Source: a virus. From it: 64,000 bases of DNA. The position numbers and the translations under genes are program-made. This document shows, in pieces, positions 7,876 to 18,949 of this stretch; the stretch's first letter is position 1; each line of letters begins with the position of its first letter. The notes beneath the pieces were generated by a model, which was not told where the DNA came from, ran no database searches, and was given only the letters and a program-made list of their open reading frames with translations. The stretch is from positions 32,001-96,000 of IMG/VR virus record IMGVR_UViG_3300014050_000003. One strand, written 5' to 3'.

Positions 7876-8655
7876 GATATTTTTACCATATTCTAAAAGA
7901 GCATTTTTACTTCTCATTCCATGAACAATAGCGGGATTTATAATAAATTTTTCCATAGTCATATAAGATACCCATTCCCATGTTTTATCTTTTGGTAAAA
8001 TTCCACTAAAATTAGTTGTCCAATCAGAAGCCCAATAGTTAAAATATTTTTCTGCAAATCTATTTCTTATATCCTTACTTGACATGTGAGATATATATCC
8101 TATTGATACTTCTTCTGGAACAGTATGATTTTTAAGTTTTAAATAATTATGAGATTTAAAAGCTAAATCAAAAGCTTGGTTTGCGAAATCTTTTTTGCAA
8201 ATCCAAAAACCACCATTTGTGTTTCTTATTTCGTTAGATACAACTCCTAATTCTTGAAAATATTTAACTAGATCTTGATTTTTTATACCCCACCAATCCT
8301 GTCTTTGAGTTTTAATTGAATTTACTGGACTTTCTAGAAATGAATGCCAAGGATCTCCATTTAAAATTTCTTCTATACCTATATCTGGCTTTCTAACAAA
8401 AAAATGATCTGCATCAATAAAAACAAATATATCATAGTCTAATTTTGCTATTTCTTTTAAGTAATGAAATTTAAAAAATTGTAATTGATCTAATTGTATT
8501 GTGTCGATTAAATTATGATTTTTAGCATATTTTAATTCTCTATCAGAAAAAATATGAAAATCTTCTGTCATACCTACATCTTTAAATGATTTTAACAAAG
8601 ATTGTAATATATAAGAATATTGCCCCCAAGCTATTGACCAATAACATATCTTCAT
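7864..8655 (-). CDS. GT-A glycosyltransferase
   Basis: FVFIDADHFF (DxD), NGGFW, VPEE. Confidence 0.65.
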   Translation of the reverse strand: MKICYWSIAWGQYSYILQSLLKSFKDVGMTEDFHIFSDRELKYAKNHNLIDTIQLDQLQFFKFHYLKEIAKLDYDIFVFIDADHFFVRKPDIGIEEILNGDPWHSFLESPVNSIKTQRQDWWGIKNQDLVKYFQELGVVSNEIRNTNGGFWICKKDFANQAFDLAFKSHNYLKLKNHTVPEEVSIGYISHMSSKDIRNRFAEKYFNYWASDWTTNFSGILPKDKTWEWVSYMTMEKFIINPAIVHGMRSKNALLEYGKNILTN

Positions 8656-9707
8656 ATCATTTTTAAAAATGCAAAATTTTTATTTTGATGTAAATTAAAT
8701 TGACCTACTAAAACTTTATTTTTTTCAAAAAGTTTTTTACTTGTTCTAAAATAAGAAGTCATTTGCCGATCTTTATTAAGAATAATAAGAATATCATCTT
8801 TAATTTTCCAAAAACTTTCGTTTTCATTGCAGCTTTTTATGGAAAAATCTTCATTTAAAATAAAATTTTCACAAAATAAAGTACATTTTTTTAAATTATT
8901 TAATTCAAAAAATTTAAATTTTTTGCCTATTATATATTCTCTTATAAAATCTGAATTAATTAAATTTTTATAATTTTCATCTTTTAAATAATGAATATGG
9001 TAGTATTTCCCTCCATTTAAAGAAAATTGATCAATAAGATTTGCAAAATGAATAAATTTACATGGAATAACAGGAATTTTATTTATAAATGCCATAAGGC
9101 TCAATCCATGATCGCTGGGTACATTTTCATTTATTAAAGATGTTAAAATATCTATATTTTCTAATATTTTTTTAAAAAACCCATGACTTTGAATACTACA
9201 TTCCCATTCATGAACCCAATAAGTAGGAATAAATTCTAAATTATTTGATTGTTTTTCAATAATAATGTTATTATTTAATAATACTTCTTTAATTTTTGGA
9301 TGAAAATCGTGCAATTCTCCGCAAGTAAGATGCATTGGTATATTGTAATCATAAATTGAATCTAATCTATCCACTAATCCACTTATATCAGTAGATGAAT
9401 CATCGTCTACTTGGATATGCCATCTAGTAGAATTGCTAATATAAGTTGAATTATTAACATAAAATGAATATATTTTTTCTCCTATAGTGTCTTTTTCAAA
9501 ATAAAAAAAATTTACTGGATAAGGAAATTTTATATTCTCGAATGCTTTCTTGTCTCTTTCGCATACAAGAGCATTTAAAATAATTTTTTTATTTTTTATA
9601 TTCAAAAGGCCATATTTTAAAAAATTTTGAAAAGCTTTTATATATTTATCTTTAGATAAAGAAAACATGCAGGTAATCATTAAATCATATTTCATTAAAA
9701 ATATCAA
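8652..9707 (-). CDS. Glycosyltransferase-like protein (GT31/Fringe-like DDD motif)
   Basis: WHIQVDDDS, PSDH, YYHIH. Confidence 0.5.
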   Translation of the reverse strand: MIFLMKYDLMITCMFSLSKDKYIKAFQNFLKYGLLNIKNKKIILNALVCERDKKAFENIKFPYPVNFFYFEKDTIGEKIYSFYVNNSTYISNSTRWHIQVDDDSSTDISGLVDRLDSIYDYNIPMHLTCGELHDFHPKIKEVLLNNNIIIEKQSNNLEFIPTYWVHEWECSIQSHGFFKKILENIDILTSLINENVPSDHGLSLMAFINKIPVIPCKFIHFANLIDQFSLNGGKYYHIHYLKDENYKNLINSDFIREYIIGKKFKFFELNNLKKCTLFCENFILNEDFSIKSCNENESFWKIKDDILIILNKDRQMTSYFRTSKKLFEKNKVLVGQFNLHQNKNFAFLKMI

Positions 9708-10707
9708 TCCATTCTTTTAAATGTTTTTCTTTATTGCACCAAATTTCTTTACATATTTGATGAGCTTTTAAACCCATTTGTTTTCTAAGCATGAAATTTT
9801 TTTCAAGTTCTTGTGCTTGATATTTACATTCTTCATAAGAATTCCAAAGAAATCCAGTTTCTTTATCTATTATTTGATTAGGAAAATTATATTTGTTAGG
9901 TGCAATAATTGGTAATCCATTCAAAGCTGCTTCTATAATTGCTCTACTTTGATTTTCTATAAACATTTGATGACTATTATAAACATAAACATCTAATGAA
10001 TTTAAAAAATTAGATGTAATTTCTTGATTTGGTTTCAAAAGATCCCATTTAGAATCGAATTTATACCATAAAAATCTTGTTTTAAAATTATCAGAAATGC
10101 CCATTACCCTATATTTTGGATTTTTTAAATCTAAATTATGATAAAATAAAGGGAAATCATCTGAAAATTTTAAATTATCTGGTCTGCTATGTTTGCCTAT
10201 GGTAAAAATATTTTTAAATTTTCTTTCATAATAACAATATGAATTTGCATCAAAATAGTTTGGAATAATAAATTCTTTTGAGTTTTCTGTAAATTCATTT
10301 TTCATTTTTTCTTTATGAAATTTACTTGTATACAAGTAAGCATCTATCATTTTATTTTTTAAAGCTTCTTCTTCGTGTTCTGTATGCCACATCATATCAT
10401 TCGACCATATAAATTTTAATCCAGAATTTTTAATTTGGTCAAGTCTCCATTTTTCGGAAAATAATCTAAAATTACAAAAAGATAAGGCAATCCCATTAAG
10501 TTTTTTAGGAAGTGATTTATATGTCTCTATATCTATATTGTTGTCTAATAAAAAATCAATATTATGTTTTTCTAAAACTCTAAAGTCATCATTTGGAATA
10601 CATGTAACTTTAAAATCTTTAATACTACCAAAAAGTTTTAATAAATCTTTTAATCTTGTATCTGCTCCGCCAAGTTCAGATATCCATTGAAATATATAAA
10701 TATTCAT
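9685..10707 (-). CDS. GT-B (GT4-like) glycosyltransferase
   Basis: GGAD near N-terminus; ENQSRAIIEAALNGLPIIA (E-x7-E); ETGFL. Confidence 0.75.
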   Translation of the reverse strand: MNIYIFQWISELGGADTRLKDLLKLFGSIKDFKVTCIPNDDFRVLEKHNIDFLLDNNIDIETYKSLPKKLNGIALSFCNFRLFSEKWRLDQIKNSGLKFIWSNDMMWHTEHEEEALKNKMIDAYLYTSKFHKEKMKNEFTENSKEFIIPNYFDANSYCYYERKFKNIFTIGKHSRPDNLKFSDDFPLFYHNLDLKNPKYRVMGISDNFKTRFLWYKFDSKWDLLKPNQEITSNFLNSLDVYVYNSHQMFIENQSRAIIEAALNGLPIIAPNKYNFPNQIIDKETGFLWNSYEECKYQAQELEKNFMLRKQMGLKAHQICKEIWCNKEKHLKEWIDIFNEI

Positions 10708-11000
10708 TAAACATCAAATAAGAGATTATTTTCATGAAAAAATGAAATTTTATTAGCTTGCAAAGCGTTTTTTAATTCAAAAATAACTTCTGGATTAACT
10801 TTTTCATTTAATGTTTTATAAAAAAATAAAGCTTTATCTTCATTTTCTTTTCTTTTACACGAGCATCCATGATAAGCTGCATCTAAATAGTCTTTAATTA
10901 TTGCAAGATTTGAGTCTTTAAAAATTATTTCTTCATTATTATGAAGAACATCGTAAAATACTCTTAATGATGGGATTATTATATCTTTTTTATCTTCCAT
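10707..11000 (-). CDS. Hypothetical protein
   Basis: ORF track; GCSC motif. Confidence 0.6.
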   Translation of the reverse strand: MEDKKDIIIPSLRVFYDVLHNNEEIIFKDSNLAIIKDYLDAAYHGCSCKRKENEDKALFFYKTLNEKVNPEVIFELKNALQANKISFFHENNLLFDV

Positions 11001-11343
11001 AAATATATTTGTCTAGGATAAGATATACTACAATTGAAATCATATAATATAAAGCAAAAAATATAATATTAGAAAATAATATACATGAAAATAAAGTAAT
11101 CCAAAAATTTAAACAATATGGGCAAGTAACTAATTTTGTCAAAAAGTTAGGATTTTTTATGGTTAAAAATGTTATATAATTGATGTCTGGATTAATTTTT
11201 TTATAGTCTAAATATTTATCTATTCTAAAAAATTTACTTAATTTAAATAATTTGAAATATTCAACAATAGCTTCTGTTTTAAACCATACTAATAGTATAA
11301 AATTTATTAGACAAATTTGATTTATAAAGTCCTTGACTTCCAT
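10990..11343 (-). CDS. Membrane protein with CPYC motif (DUF1360-like)
   Basis: KLVTCPYCLNFW flanked by hydrophobic helices. Confidence 0.55.
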   Translation of the reverse strand: MEVKDFINQICLINFILLVWFKTEAIVEYFKLFKLSKFFRIDKYLDYKKINPDINYITFLTIKNPNFLTKLVTCPYCLNFWITLFSCILFSNIIFFALYYMISIVVYLILDKYIYGR

Positions 11344-11385
11344 ATATATTTATTATATTATATAAACACAGAATATTCTATATTA

Positions 11386-11796
11386 ATGAACGATAAATTT
11401 ATATTAATGGCTAAAAAAATTGCCAGTGAAATATCTAATTTCTCTGAAGATCCATATGCAAAAGTTGGTTCTGTAGTCTTAAATAAAGATGGTAGAATAT
11501 TATCTGTTGGGTATAATGGTCTAGCACCAAAAAAGAATGTAAGTGGCAAATTTTGGTTAGATAGAGATCATAGAAGAAACTTTATGATACATGCAGAAAT
11601 GAATGCTTTATCTTGTATTTCAAGATACGACAATCCATATAGTATATATATAAATCTTTCACCATGTACGTATTGTGCTAATTTAATAGCTTCTTATGGT
11701 TTAAAAGAAGTATATTATACTGAAGAATATTCTTATGGAACTAAAGCTAAAGAAGTTTTTGAATTTTATAATATAAAATACAGGAGAATAAATTAA
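11386..11796 (+). CDS. dCMP deaminase
   Basis: SEDPYAKVG, GYNG, HAEMNA, SPCTYC; start refined to ATG 11386. Confidence 0.88.
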   Translation: MNDKFILMAKKIASEISNFSEDPYAKVGSVVLNKDGRILSVGYNGLAPKKNVSGKFWLDRDHRRNFMIHAEMNALSCISRYDNPYSIYINLSPCTYCANLIASYGLKEVYYTEEYSYGTKAKEVFEFYNIKYRRIN

Positions 11797-12377
11797 TGAA
11801 AATCATTGGAATTTCTGGCGTAGCAACTTCTGGTAAAGATACTTTATGCAATCTTATATCTAGATATTTAGCTCAAAAAAATATAGAAACAAAAAGGGTT
11901 GCTTTAGCCGATAAATTAAAAGAAGACTTAAAAGATTTTTTAATTGAAAAATTTAATGTAGATATTACAAAACCTACTATAGAAGAAAAAACTTTAGTAA
12001 GACCAATATTAGTATCTTATGGTAAGGTTAAGCGTAACTTAACTAAAGGCACTTACTGGACTAATAAAATTAATTCAGATATAGATGATTTATTGAATAA
12101 TAATATATTGCCAATAATTACTGATATAAGATATATGGAATATCCAGAAGATGAATTTTCATGGCTTAAGAAAAAAAGTGGAGTGCTAATTCATATATCT
12201 AGATTAGATTCTAATGATAAATTAATTCCACCAGCTAATTCTGAGGAGAAAGAAAATGATAAAATGATAAAAGAGAATGCAGATTTATCTTGTACTTGGA
12301 AAACTCAAGAAGATTTGGACTCTCTATATTATGAACATATTAAATTTTTGGAGAAAATATATGAAACAATTAAATGA
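11796..12377 (+). CDS. Deoxynucleotide monophosphate kinase-like P-loop kinase
   Basis: GISGVATSGKDT, ALADKLK, ITDIRY. Confidence 0.75.
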   Translation: MKIIGISGVATSGKDTLCNLISRYLAQKNIETKRVALADKLKEDLKDFLIEKFNVDITKPTIEEKTLVRPILVSYGKVKRNLTKGTYWTNKINSDIDDLLNNNILPIITDIRYMEYPEDEFSWLKKKSGVLIHISRLDSNDKLIPPANSEEKENDKMIKENADLSCTWKTQEDLDSLYYEHIKFLEKIYETIK

Positions 12378-12975
12378 ACTTGAATACTTAACTGATGCTC
12401 AACTTATAGAAAATGTAAAATGCAATAATTGCAGTGATTCTATGAAAGAGCTAGAAGATAGACATAGCGGTATTTGTTATACTATGATTAAAAAATATTA
12501 TAACAGTATGTCTTCTATTGGTGTTGATCCTGTAGAAATAGCTAAAGAAAAAGATTATGTAATATACAAATCTGCTCTTAATTTTGATATTTCAAAAAAT
12601 ATAAAATTTTCTACTTGGTTAGGTAATCAAATGCGATTTCATTGTCTAAATTGTATGAATAAAAACAATAGTACTATTTCAATGGAAAATGAATCTATTA
12701 AAAATATTATGGAAAAAAATCAAATGCTTTATTCTAGCTCTGTTTTGAATAAAGATAATTGCGAATATATTTTTAATTTATTAGATCAATTAAAAGATAA
12801 AAGAATTATTGAAATTTTTAAAATGCGTTATTTTTCAGATAAAAAAACTGTATCTTGGAGTAAAATTGGAAAGAAACTTAAAATTAGTACCCAGACGGTA
12901 ATTAATTTGCATAATAAAACATTAAAGTTTCTTAAAAATAAATTAGAAAGTAATAGTTTTCAAGATACTATCTAA
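12361..12975 (+). CDS. Phage RNA polymerase sigma factor (sigma70 family, regions 2 and 4)
   Basis: FDISKNIKFSTW (region 2); C-terminal HTH WSKIGKKLKISTQTVINLH; start refined to 12361. Confidence 0.78.
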   Translation: MKQLNELEYLTDAQLIENVKCNNCSDSMKELEDRHSGICYTMIKKYYNSMSSIGVDPVEIAKEKDYVIYKSALNFDISKNIKFSTWLGNQMRFHCLNCMNKNNSTISMENESIKNIMEKNQMLYSSSVLNKDNCEYIFNLLDQLKDKRIIEIFKMRYFSDKKTVSWSKIGKKLKISTQTVINLHNKTLKFLKNKLESNSFQDTI

Positions 12976-12988
12976 TAAGGAGAAACAA

Positions 12989-13297
12989 ATGAGCGAACAA
13001 AATAATGATTGGGCAAAGAGAGATATCGGAGCCCTTTGGAAAAGAGAAGGTAAGAATCAAAAATATCTTTCTGGATATTTTAAAGATGAACTTGGTGAGC
13101 AAGTAGAAATTGTAATTTTTGCTAATAAATTCAAAAAAGACAATCCAAAAGCTCCAGATTATAGAGTTTATCTATCTAAATCTGATAATAAACCAGCAGC
13201 TAAAACTTCTGCACCTGTAAAAAATGCAGTTCAAAAAGTTCCAGTTAAAGCAGTTGCTAAAGTAGCTGTTGAAGAGGAATCAGAAGATTTGTTGTGA
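12989..13297 (+). CDS. DUF736-like, probable ssDNA-binding protein
   Basis: IGALW, YLSG, NPKAPDYRV, acidic tail EEESEDLL; AAGGAG RBS. Confidence 0.55.
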   Translation: MSEQNNDWAKRDIGALWKREGKNQKYLSGYFKDELGEQVEIVIFANKFKKDNPKAPDYRVYLSKSDNKPAAKTSAPVKNAVQKVPVKAVAKVAVEEESEDLL

Positions 13298-14388
13298 AGC
13301 TTTGTTTACATGTTCCAGTAAATCAAGTTAGTTTTGGACAGCTATCTACATTATTGCTTAGAGAAATATACAATTCTAATAAATTAGACACAAGTATCTT
13401 TCTTATAGGCAATAGTGTAGACTTAGCTTCTCAAAAAGATTTAGATCAAAATTTCTTAAATTGGTTGCAAGATCAAATAAAAGATACATTATCTACTCAT
13501 ACTAGAAATACTGATACATTTAAACTTTGGCATCTTAATGGTTCATTAGAGAGTATATCTAATAATCAAACTTTATTATCTTTTTATGAGTTAGACCAAC
13601 CAACTAAAGAAGAATTAAATATTGCAAGAAATCAAAAAAATACTATCTTTACATCTACATATACAAACAATATATTTAAAGAGCATGGATGTAAAAATAC
13701 TCATTTTATTCCTCTTCCATTTGATAAATACAATTTTAAAGTAACTAATAAAACTTATCATACTGATGATAGAATAGTTTTCAATCTTTGTGGTAAATTA
13801 GAAAAAAGAAAACATCATAAGAAAATTATTAGAGCTTGGTTGAAGAAATATGGAAATAACTCTAAATATTTTTTACAATGTTCTATTTATAATCCATTTT
13901 TAAAACCAGAAGATCAACAAAAATTAATATACGATATTTTAGAAGGTAAAAATTATTTTAATATATCATTTTTAGGAATGATGCAAAAAAATGAAGTATA
14001 TAATGACTATCTTAATAGTGCAGATATTATTATTGGAATGAGTGGTGGAGAAGGTTGGGGATTACCAGAGTTTCAATCTGTAGCTATGGGTAAACATGGA
14101 GTTATTTTAAATGCTCATGCCTATAAAGATTGGGCTGATAAAGATAATTCCACAATGGTTGAACCTTCTGGTAAAATTGAAGCATATGATAATATGTTCT
14201 TTCAAAAGGGTTCTATATTTAATCAAGGAAATATATATGATTTTAATGAAGATGACTTTATATCAGCTTGTGAACAAGCTTGTGAAAAAGTAAGATTAAA
14301 TAAAGTAAATAAAAATGGTTTAAAATTACAAGAAAAATTTACTACAGAAAAATTTTTAGAAGATATTCTTAATGTAATTAAAAAATAA
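13294..14388 (+). CDS. GT4-family glycosyltransferase
   Basis: GKLEKRKH, SGGEGWGLPEFQSVAMGK. Confidence 0.8.
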   Translation: MKLCLHVPVNQVSFGQLSTLLLREIYNSNKLDTSIFLIGNSVDLASQKDLDQNFLNWLQDQIKDTLSTHTRNTDTFKLWHLNGSLESISNNQTLLSFYELDQPTKEELNIARNQKNTIFTSTYTNNIFKEHGCKNTHFIPLPFDKYNFKVTNKTYHTDDRIVFNLCGKLEKRKHHKKIIRAWLKKYGNNSKYFLQCSIYNPFLKPEDQQKLIYDILEGKNYFNISFLGMMQKNEVYNDYLNSADIIIGMSGGEGWGLPEFQSVAMGKHGVILNAHAYKDWADKDNSTMVEPSGKIEAYDNMFFQKGSIFNQGNIYDFNEDDFISACEQACEKVRLNKVNKNGLKLQEKFTTEKFLEDILNVIKK

Positions 14389-14389
14389 T

Positions 14390-14740
14390 ATGCCAGAATA
14401 TTTATACGAGCATCCTAAAACTGGTAAAATTATCAGTATAGTTCAAAGTATTCATGAAAAGCATGAATATATTGATGATAAGAATATAAAATGGAATAGA
14501 GTATTTACTGCTCCAGAGTTAAACACAGAAGGTACATTAAAAGCTGATTGCACTCCTCAACAATTTAGCGAATATACTGGAAAAAGAAAAGGTACAATTG
14601 GTGATTTATTTGATCGCAGTGCTGAATTATCAGAAAAAAGAAAAAAGATTATTGGAAAAGACCCTTTAAAGGAAAAATATTTTCAAAATTGGAGTAAAAA
14701 ACGTAAAGGTAAAAAACATCCATTATCTGGTCAAGATTAA
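14390..14740 (+). CDS. FmdB-like phage protein lacking the zinc Cys residues
   Basis: N-terminal MPEYLYEHP; basic C-terminus. Confidence 0.5.
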   Translation: MPEYLYEHPKTGKIISIVQSIHEKHEYIDDKNIKWNRVFTAPELNTEGTLKADCTPQQFSEYTGKRKGTIGDLFDRSAELSEKRKKIIGKDPLKEKYFQNWSKKRKGKKHPLSGQD

Positions 14741-15252
14741 AACCAGACTTCGTTGTGTATTATTCTTAATACTTTAATCCAATCTTGTAGATGTTCTGAT
14801 ACTTGTATCTTATCTGAATTTTCAAAACCATTTTTTGCTATATTATAATAAATTTTTTCAGATGGATAAGCTCTCCTAGCTTTATTTAAATTCTTATAAA
14901 AGAAACCTAAAAATACTAAAAGTGATTTAGCTGTATCTTCATCATGTTTAAATTCTAATATAGATTTTTTAATTATAGGTTCTCCAATTAAATCATAAAA
15001 TTTTAAACCAACTGCTTCTGAAACGTATTCTTTTTCTTCAAATGAATATTTTAAATCTTTACTATATTTTATAATTGTAATTTCTGCAAATACTGGAAAA
15101 CTTATATCAACAATTCCATCTACAGATTCTTCTGAAATTTTATTTAATATTTCTGGCAAACATTGTGGATCTTGAATAAGTAAGAAAGTCTTTTCTGCTG
15201 ACAATCCTAATTTCTTTGCGAAAAAATCAATATCTCTATCAGATACAATCAC
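14737..15252 (-). CDS. Hypothetical protein
   Basis: ORF track; CTGTAA variant motif 8 nt upstream of GTG. Confidence 0.65.
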   Translation of the reverse strand: MIVSDRDIDFFAKKLGLSAEKTFLLIQDPQCLPEILNKISEESVDGIVDISFPVFAEITIIKYSKDLKYSFEEKEYVSEAVGLKFYDLIGEPIIKKSILEFKHDEDTAKSLLVFLGFFYKNLNKARRAYPSEKIYYNIAKNGFENSDKIQVSEHLQDWIKVLRIIHNEVWF

Positions 15253-15276
15253 ATTAACTATTACAGTTAATTTAAC

Positions 15277-15606
15277 TTATTTTCTATTTAAATGATTTTG
15301 AATAATATCAAAATTACGATCTAATTTAGCTTCAATCCTATCGAAATAGGCTTCAAATGATTCTTTAGTAACATAAGTTGTACTAATTTTTAATGCCAAA
15401 TCTGATATTTCTTGTTGATGTTTTCTGCTTTCAACTTCCATTTCTTTTCTTAAAGTAATAAAATCACTAAAGGTTTTATCATTAATTTCTTTCATTAAAT
15501 TCTCTTGTTTATCAAAAAGAGAAAATAATCTAGTAAATAGCCATCCTCCAAGGAAAGAGGCTCCTCCCATAACTAAGTTAAATATCATTGAAATATCTAA
15601 ATTCAC
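15277..15606 (-). CDS. Single-TM coiled-coil phage protein (holin-like candidate)
   Basis: N-terminal TM helix; YVTKESF...RIEAKLDR; GTGTAA at 15615-15620. Confidence 0.55.
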   Translation of the reverse strand: MNLDISMIFNLVMGGASFLGGWLFTRLFSLFDKQENLMKEINDKTFSDFITLRKEMEVESRKHQQEISDLALKISTTYVTKESFEAYFDRIEAKLDRNFDIIQNHLNRK

Positions 15607-15614
15607 ATAGATAT

Positions 15615-15620
15615 TTACAC
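15615..15620 (-). promoter_or_regulatory. GTGTAA motif
   Basis: 8 nt upstream of GTG at 15606. Confidence 0.55.
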
Positions 15621-15635
15621 ATTATTTAATAAATA

Positions 15636-16700
15636 TTATAGCTTTAAATCACCAAAATCTTCGTCTTCTATATCAGTCTTTCTTGCACCAACTTTATAAC
15701 TAGAAATCTCTGTTTCTTGAGGTGCGACTTGGACTTTACTACTATCTAGATAACTATCTAACCATCCAGAAATAGGATTATCTTTTTGATTAAATATCTT
15801 TTTATAGCCAAGACTTCTGAGCCTAGAATCACATAACCATTTAGAATATCCATCTAAAACTTCAGCATTTAAACCTAATAAACTACCTTTACTAAATAGA
15901 TATTTAGACCATTCGCTTTCATTTTTTGCAGCTTGCTCATAAAAAGCGTATATTTTATCTTCACTTTTTTTAACTATATTAGTGAAACCTTCTTTGTCTT
16001 CATCTCTTAAAATTTTAAGTAAATTTTGGCTTACTGCAAAATGCAAAGCCTCATCTCTTTGAATAAATTTTATGATCTTAGAATTACCTTCCATCTTTCC
16101 ACGATATCCAAAATAGAAAGAACAGGCAAAAGAAACGTAAAACACAAGACCTTCCATTACATTAATAGAAAGAATAGCATCAAAAATCTTTTGTTTAGGA
16201 TCTTTCTTTTCATCATCACCAAGAATTTTATCAAAATTATTTCTAATTAATTCTGCACGGCTTGTAATTTCTTTATCTTCCATAATACTATCAAAAAATT
16301 TAGTTGCATCTGGATATACGTTATTTAAAAGATAAGAGTAAGAATAACTATGAATACCCTCAAATTGTGCCCAAGTATTCATACAAATTTCAAGTTCTGG
16401 ATTAGTAACATAATCTTTAAGACTATGAATACTTCTAGAAAGCATACTATCTCCAAGAGTTTGAAATCTAAGATTGCTATCAAAAACAAATCTTTCTGTA
16501 TCTGTTAAATTTTTATAATCACTACGATCTTTTCCTAAAGCTATTTCATGAGGCCACCAAAAATTTTCATTTTGTTTTTTAAACAATTCAAAAAATATAG
16601 GATATTTAAACCGATCATATCTTTGAAGATTCAAATCTTCTCCAAGAAATAATGGTTGTTTAGTAGTATCTATATTTTTAAAATTTAAAACTGTTTTCAT
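15636..16700 (-). CDS. nrdB: Ribonucleotide reductase class Ia, beta subunit
   Basis: FWWPHE, EGIHSYSY, EGLVFYVSFA, RDEALH, QVAPQETEISSY. Confidence 0.95.
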   Translation of the reverse strand: MKTVLNFKNIDTTKQPLFLGEDLNLQRYDRFKYPIFFELFKKQNENFWWPHEIALGKDRSDYKNLTDTERFVFDSNLRFQTLGDSMLSRSIHSLKDYVTNPELEICMNTWAQFEGIHSYSYSYLLNNVYPDATKFFDSIMEDKEITSRAELIRNNFDKILGDDEKKDPKQKIFDAILSINVMEGLVFYVSFACSFYFGYRGKMEGNSKIIKFIQRDEALHFAVSQNLLKILRDEDKEGFTNIVKKSEDKIYAFYEQAAKNESEWSKYLFSKGSLLGLNAEVLDGYSKWLCDSRLRSLGYKKIFNQKDNPISGWLDSYLDSSKVQVAPQETEISSYKVGARKTDIEDEDFGDLKL

Positions 16701-18949
16701 AATTTACATGCTCCACTTGAACAATCTCTATCTTCTTTTTGATTAAGAGACTGCTCTTTATCTCCATCGTCTGTATTATTGTAATAAAGACTAATTAATC
16801 CAAGGCTATATGCGTACATAATTTCTTTCATTACTTTAGCGTCTGGTAATATATTATTTTCATAATGACTATAGTTATAGTATACATTAGTTGATATAGC
16901 CATGTCAATATATTTTTGAATAACTGCATTAATTTTTAACAATCCAGTATTATCTTTAAGATCATAAGCTAATTCATAATTATCATCATATTTTCCAATT
17001 CCTGGAACCATAACTGGAAGTTTACCCATTTTACTAGTTTTATAAGTAATAAGACTACGAATAGGCTCAACTCCATTTGTTGAGCATTGAATAACTGAAC
17101 TACTTTCACAAGGCATACAAGAAGATAATGTAGAATGTCTTAATCCAAATTCTTTAATATCTTTCCTTAATTTTTCCCAATCAAGTGATAATTTTCTTTT
17201 AACTAACTCATCTACTTTATCTTTATATGTATCAATCGGAAGTATACCTTTAGAGTATTTAGTTTTATCAAATTTTTCACATTTGCCTTTTTCTTTAGCT
17301 AATTCAAGGCTACTTTTTAATAGATAGTATTGAAAATGTTCCATCCATTCATCAACAACAGATAATGACTTATCTGAACTGTATTTTAATTCATTTTTAG
17401 CGAGAAAAGCCGCAAGATTAGTTATACCAACTCCAAGACTTCTACGCTTTTTTGCAAAATTTTCAGCAGCAATATTAAAGTAATCTTGCAGATCTATGAT
17501 TTCATCAAGAAATCTTACGATAAGATCGCAGGTCTTTTCAAGATCTTGCCAGCTCTTTATTTCTAACATATTTACTGCCGAAAGTATACACATTCCAATC
17601 TCCCCATTTTTATCATGATAATCATTCAATGGAATAGTTGGATGAATAACTTCAGTGCAAAGATTACTCATTGTAACTTTATCTAACCAAGCTCCATGAT
17701 TATTTGCATGATCAACATTTAATATATAAATACGACCAGTTTCAACTCTCTCTTTAACTATTAGAGAAAATAGTTTACGAGCAGATATTTTCTTTTTAAT
17801 TTTTAATTTTTTAGATTCACACTCTTTATAAATTTTATCAAAATCTTTTGTTCCCCATGCTTCATAAAGTTCTGGAACTTCTGCATTATTGAATAAAGTG
17901 ATATCTTCATCTTTTAAAACTCTATCATAAAACAACTTACTCATTCCAACAGTATAATCTAATTTACGAACACGATTGTCATCTGTGCCAGCATTATTTT
18001 TTAATACTACAATATCTTCAATTTCATAATGCCACCATTGAATATTACAAGTTGCACTTCCACCTCTTAATCCGTTTTGTTGCCATGCTTTGACACTACT
18101 TTCATAAATTTTTAAGAATGGAATTAAACCTGTATGAACAACTTCACCATTTTTAATTGGTGAACCTATAGCTCTAATTTTACTAACATCAATACCAATA
18201 CCGCATCTATTAGCAGTAGCCATACTAACAGCCGTAGCACTAGCAGTAATACTTTCTCTAGTATCATCTACTCCAATTAAACAACAACTAGCATAATTTT
18301 TACTAGAAGTCCTAACTCCTGCCATTACTGGTGTTGGAAGATTAATTTTATGTTTACTAATAGCATCATAAAATTTTCTTACATAAGATAGTCTTGTTTC
18401 TATTGGATAGCGTGCAAAAGCATATGCTGCAATTAAAATATAAGCAAATTGTGGAGTTTCATAAATTTTACCATTAGTTCTATTTTTTATCAAATATTTA
18501 TCGCAAAGTTGTTTGATTCCAGCGTATGTAAAAATATAATCTCTATCATGGTCAATAAATTCACCAATTTTATTAATTTCATCTTCGGAATAATGATTTA
18601 ATATAGATTCATCATAAATTTTATTTTTTATACTTTCTTTTAGAAATTCTAATAATCTTGGAGCATGTTTACCTTTCCAGACATCTTTTCTTAATTGATA
18701 ATTCAAAAGTCTAGCAGCAACAAATTGATAGTTTGGTTTATCAAAAGAAATTAAGTTAGCTGCACTTTCAATCAACAGATTGTGTATTTCTTTTGTTGTT
18801 ATACCATCTGTAATATTTATTTTAGCATTGATTTCGATATCTGTAAGACTTACTCCTGAGTATCCATCTATTGCCCAATTGATTACTTTGTTAATTTTTT
18901 CTATGTTAAATTTTTCTGTAGTATTATTTCTTTTTTTTACATGTATCAT
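16697..18949 (-). CDS. nrdA: Ribonucleotide reductase class Ia, alpha subunit with ATP cone
   Basis: VKKRN ATP cone, ETPQ, PTP, SCC, SNLCTE, C-terminal LYY...CSSGAC. Confidence 0.95.
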   Translation of the reverse strand: MIHVKKRNNTTEKFNIEKINKVINWAIDGYSGVSLTDIEINAKINITDGITTKEIHNLLIESAANLISFDKPNYQFVAARLLNYQLRKDVWKGKHAPRLLEFLKESIKNKIYDESILNHYSEDEINKIGEFIDHDRDYIFTYAGIKQLCDKYLIKNRTNGKIYETPQFAYILIAAYAFARYPIETRLSYVRKFYDAISKHKINLPTPVMAGVRTSSKNYASCCLIGVDDTRESITASATAVSMATANRCGIGIDVSKIRAIGSPIKNGEVVHTGLIPFLKIYESSVKAWQQNGLRGGSATCNIQWWHYEIEDIVVLKNNAGTDDNRVRKLDYTVGMSKLFYDRVLKDEDITLFNNAEVPELYEAWGTKDFDKIYKECESKKLKIKKKISARKLFSLIVKERVETGRIYILNVDHANNHGAWLDKVTMSNLCTEVIHPTIPLNDYHDKNGEIGMCILSAVNMLEIKSWQDLEKTCDLIVRFLDEIIDLQDYFNIAAENFAKKRRSLGVGITNLAAFLAKNELKYSSDKSLSVVDEWMEHFQYYLLKSSLELAKEKGKCEKFDKTKYSKGILPIDTYKDKVDELVKRKLSLDWEKLRKDIKEFGLRHSTLSSCMPCESSSVIQCSTNGVEPIRSLITYKTSKMGKLPVMVPGIGKYDDNYELAYDLKDNTGLLKINAVIQKYIDMAISTNVYYNYSHYENNILPDAKVMKEIMYAYSLGLISLYYNNTDDGDKEQSLNQKEDRDCSSGACKL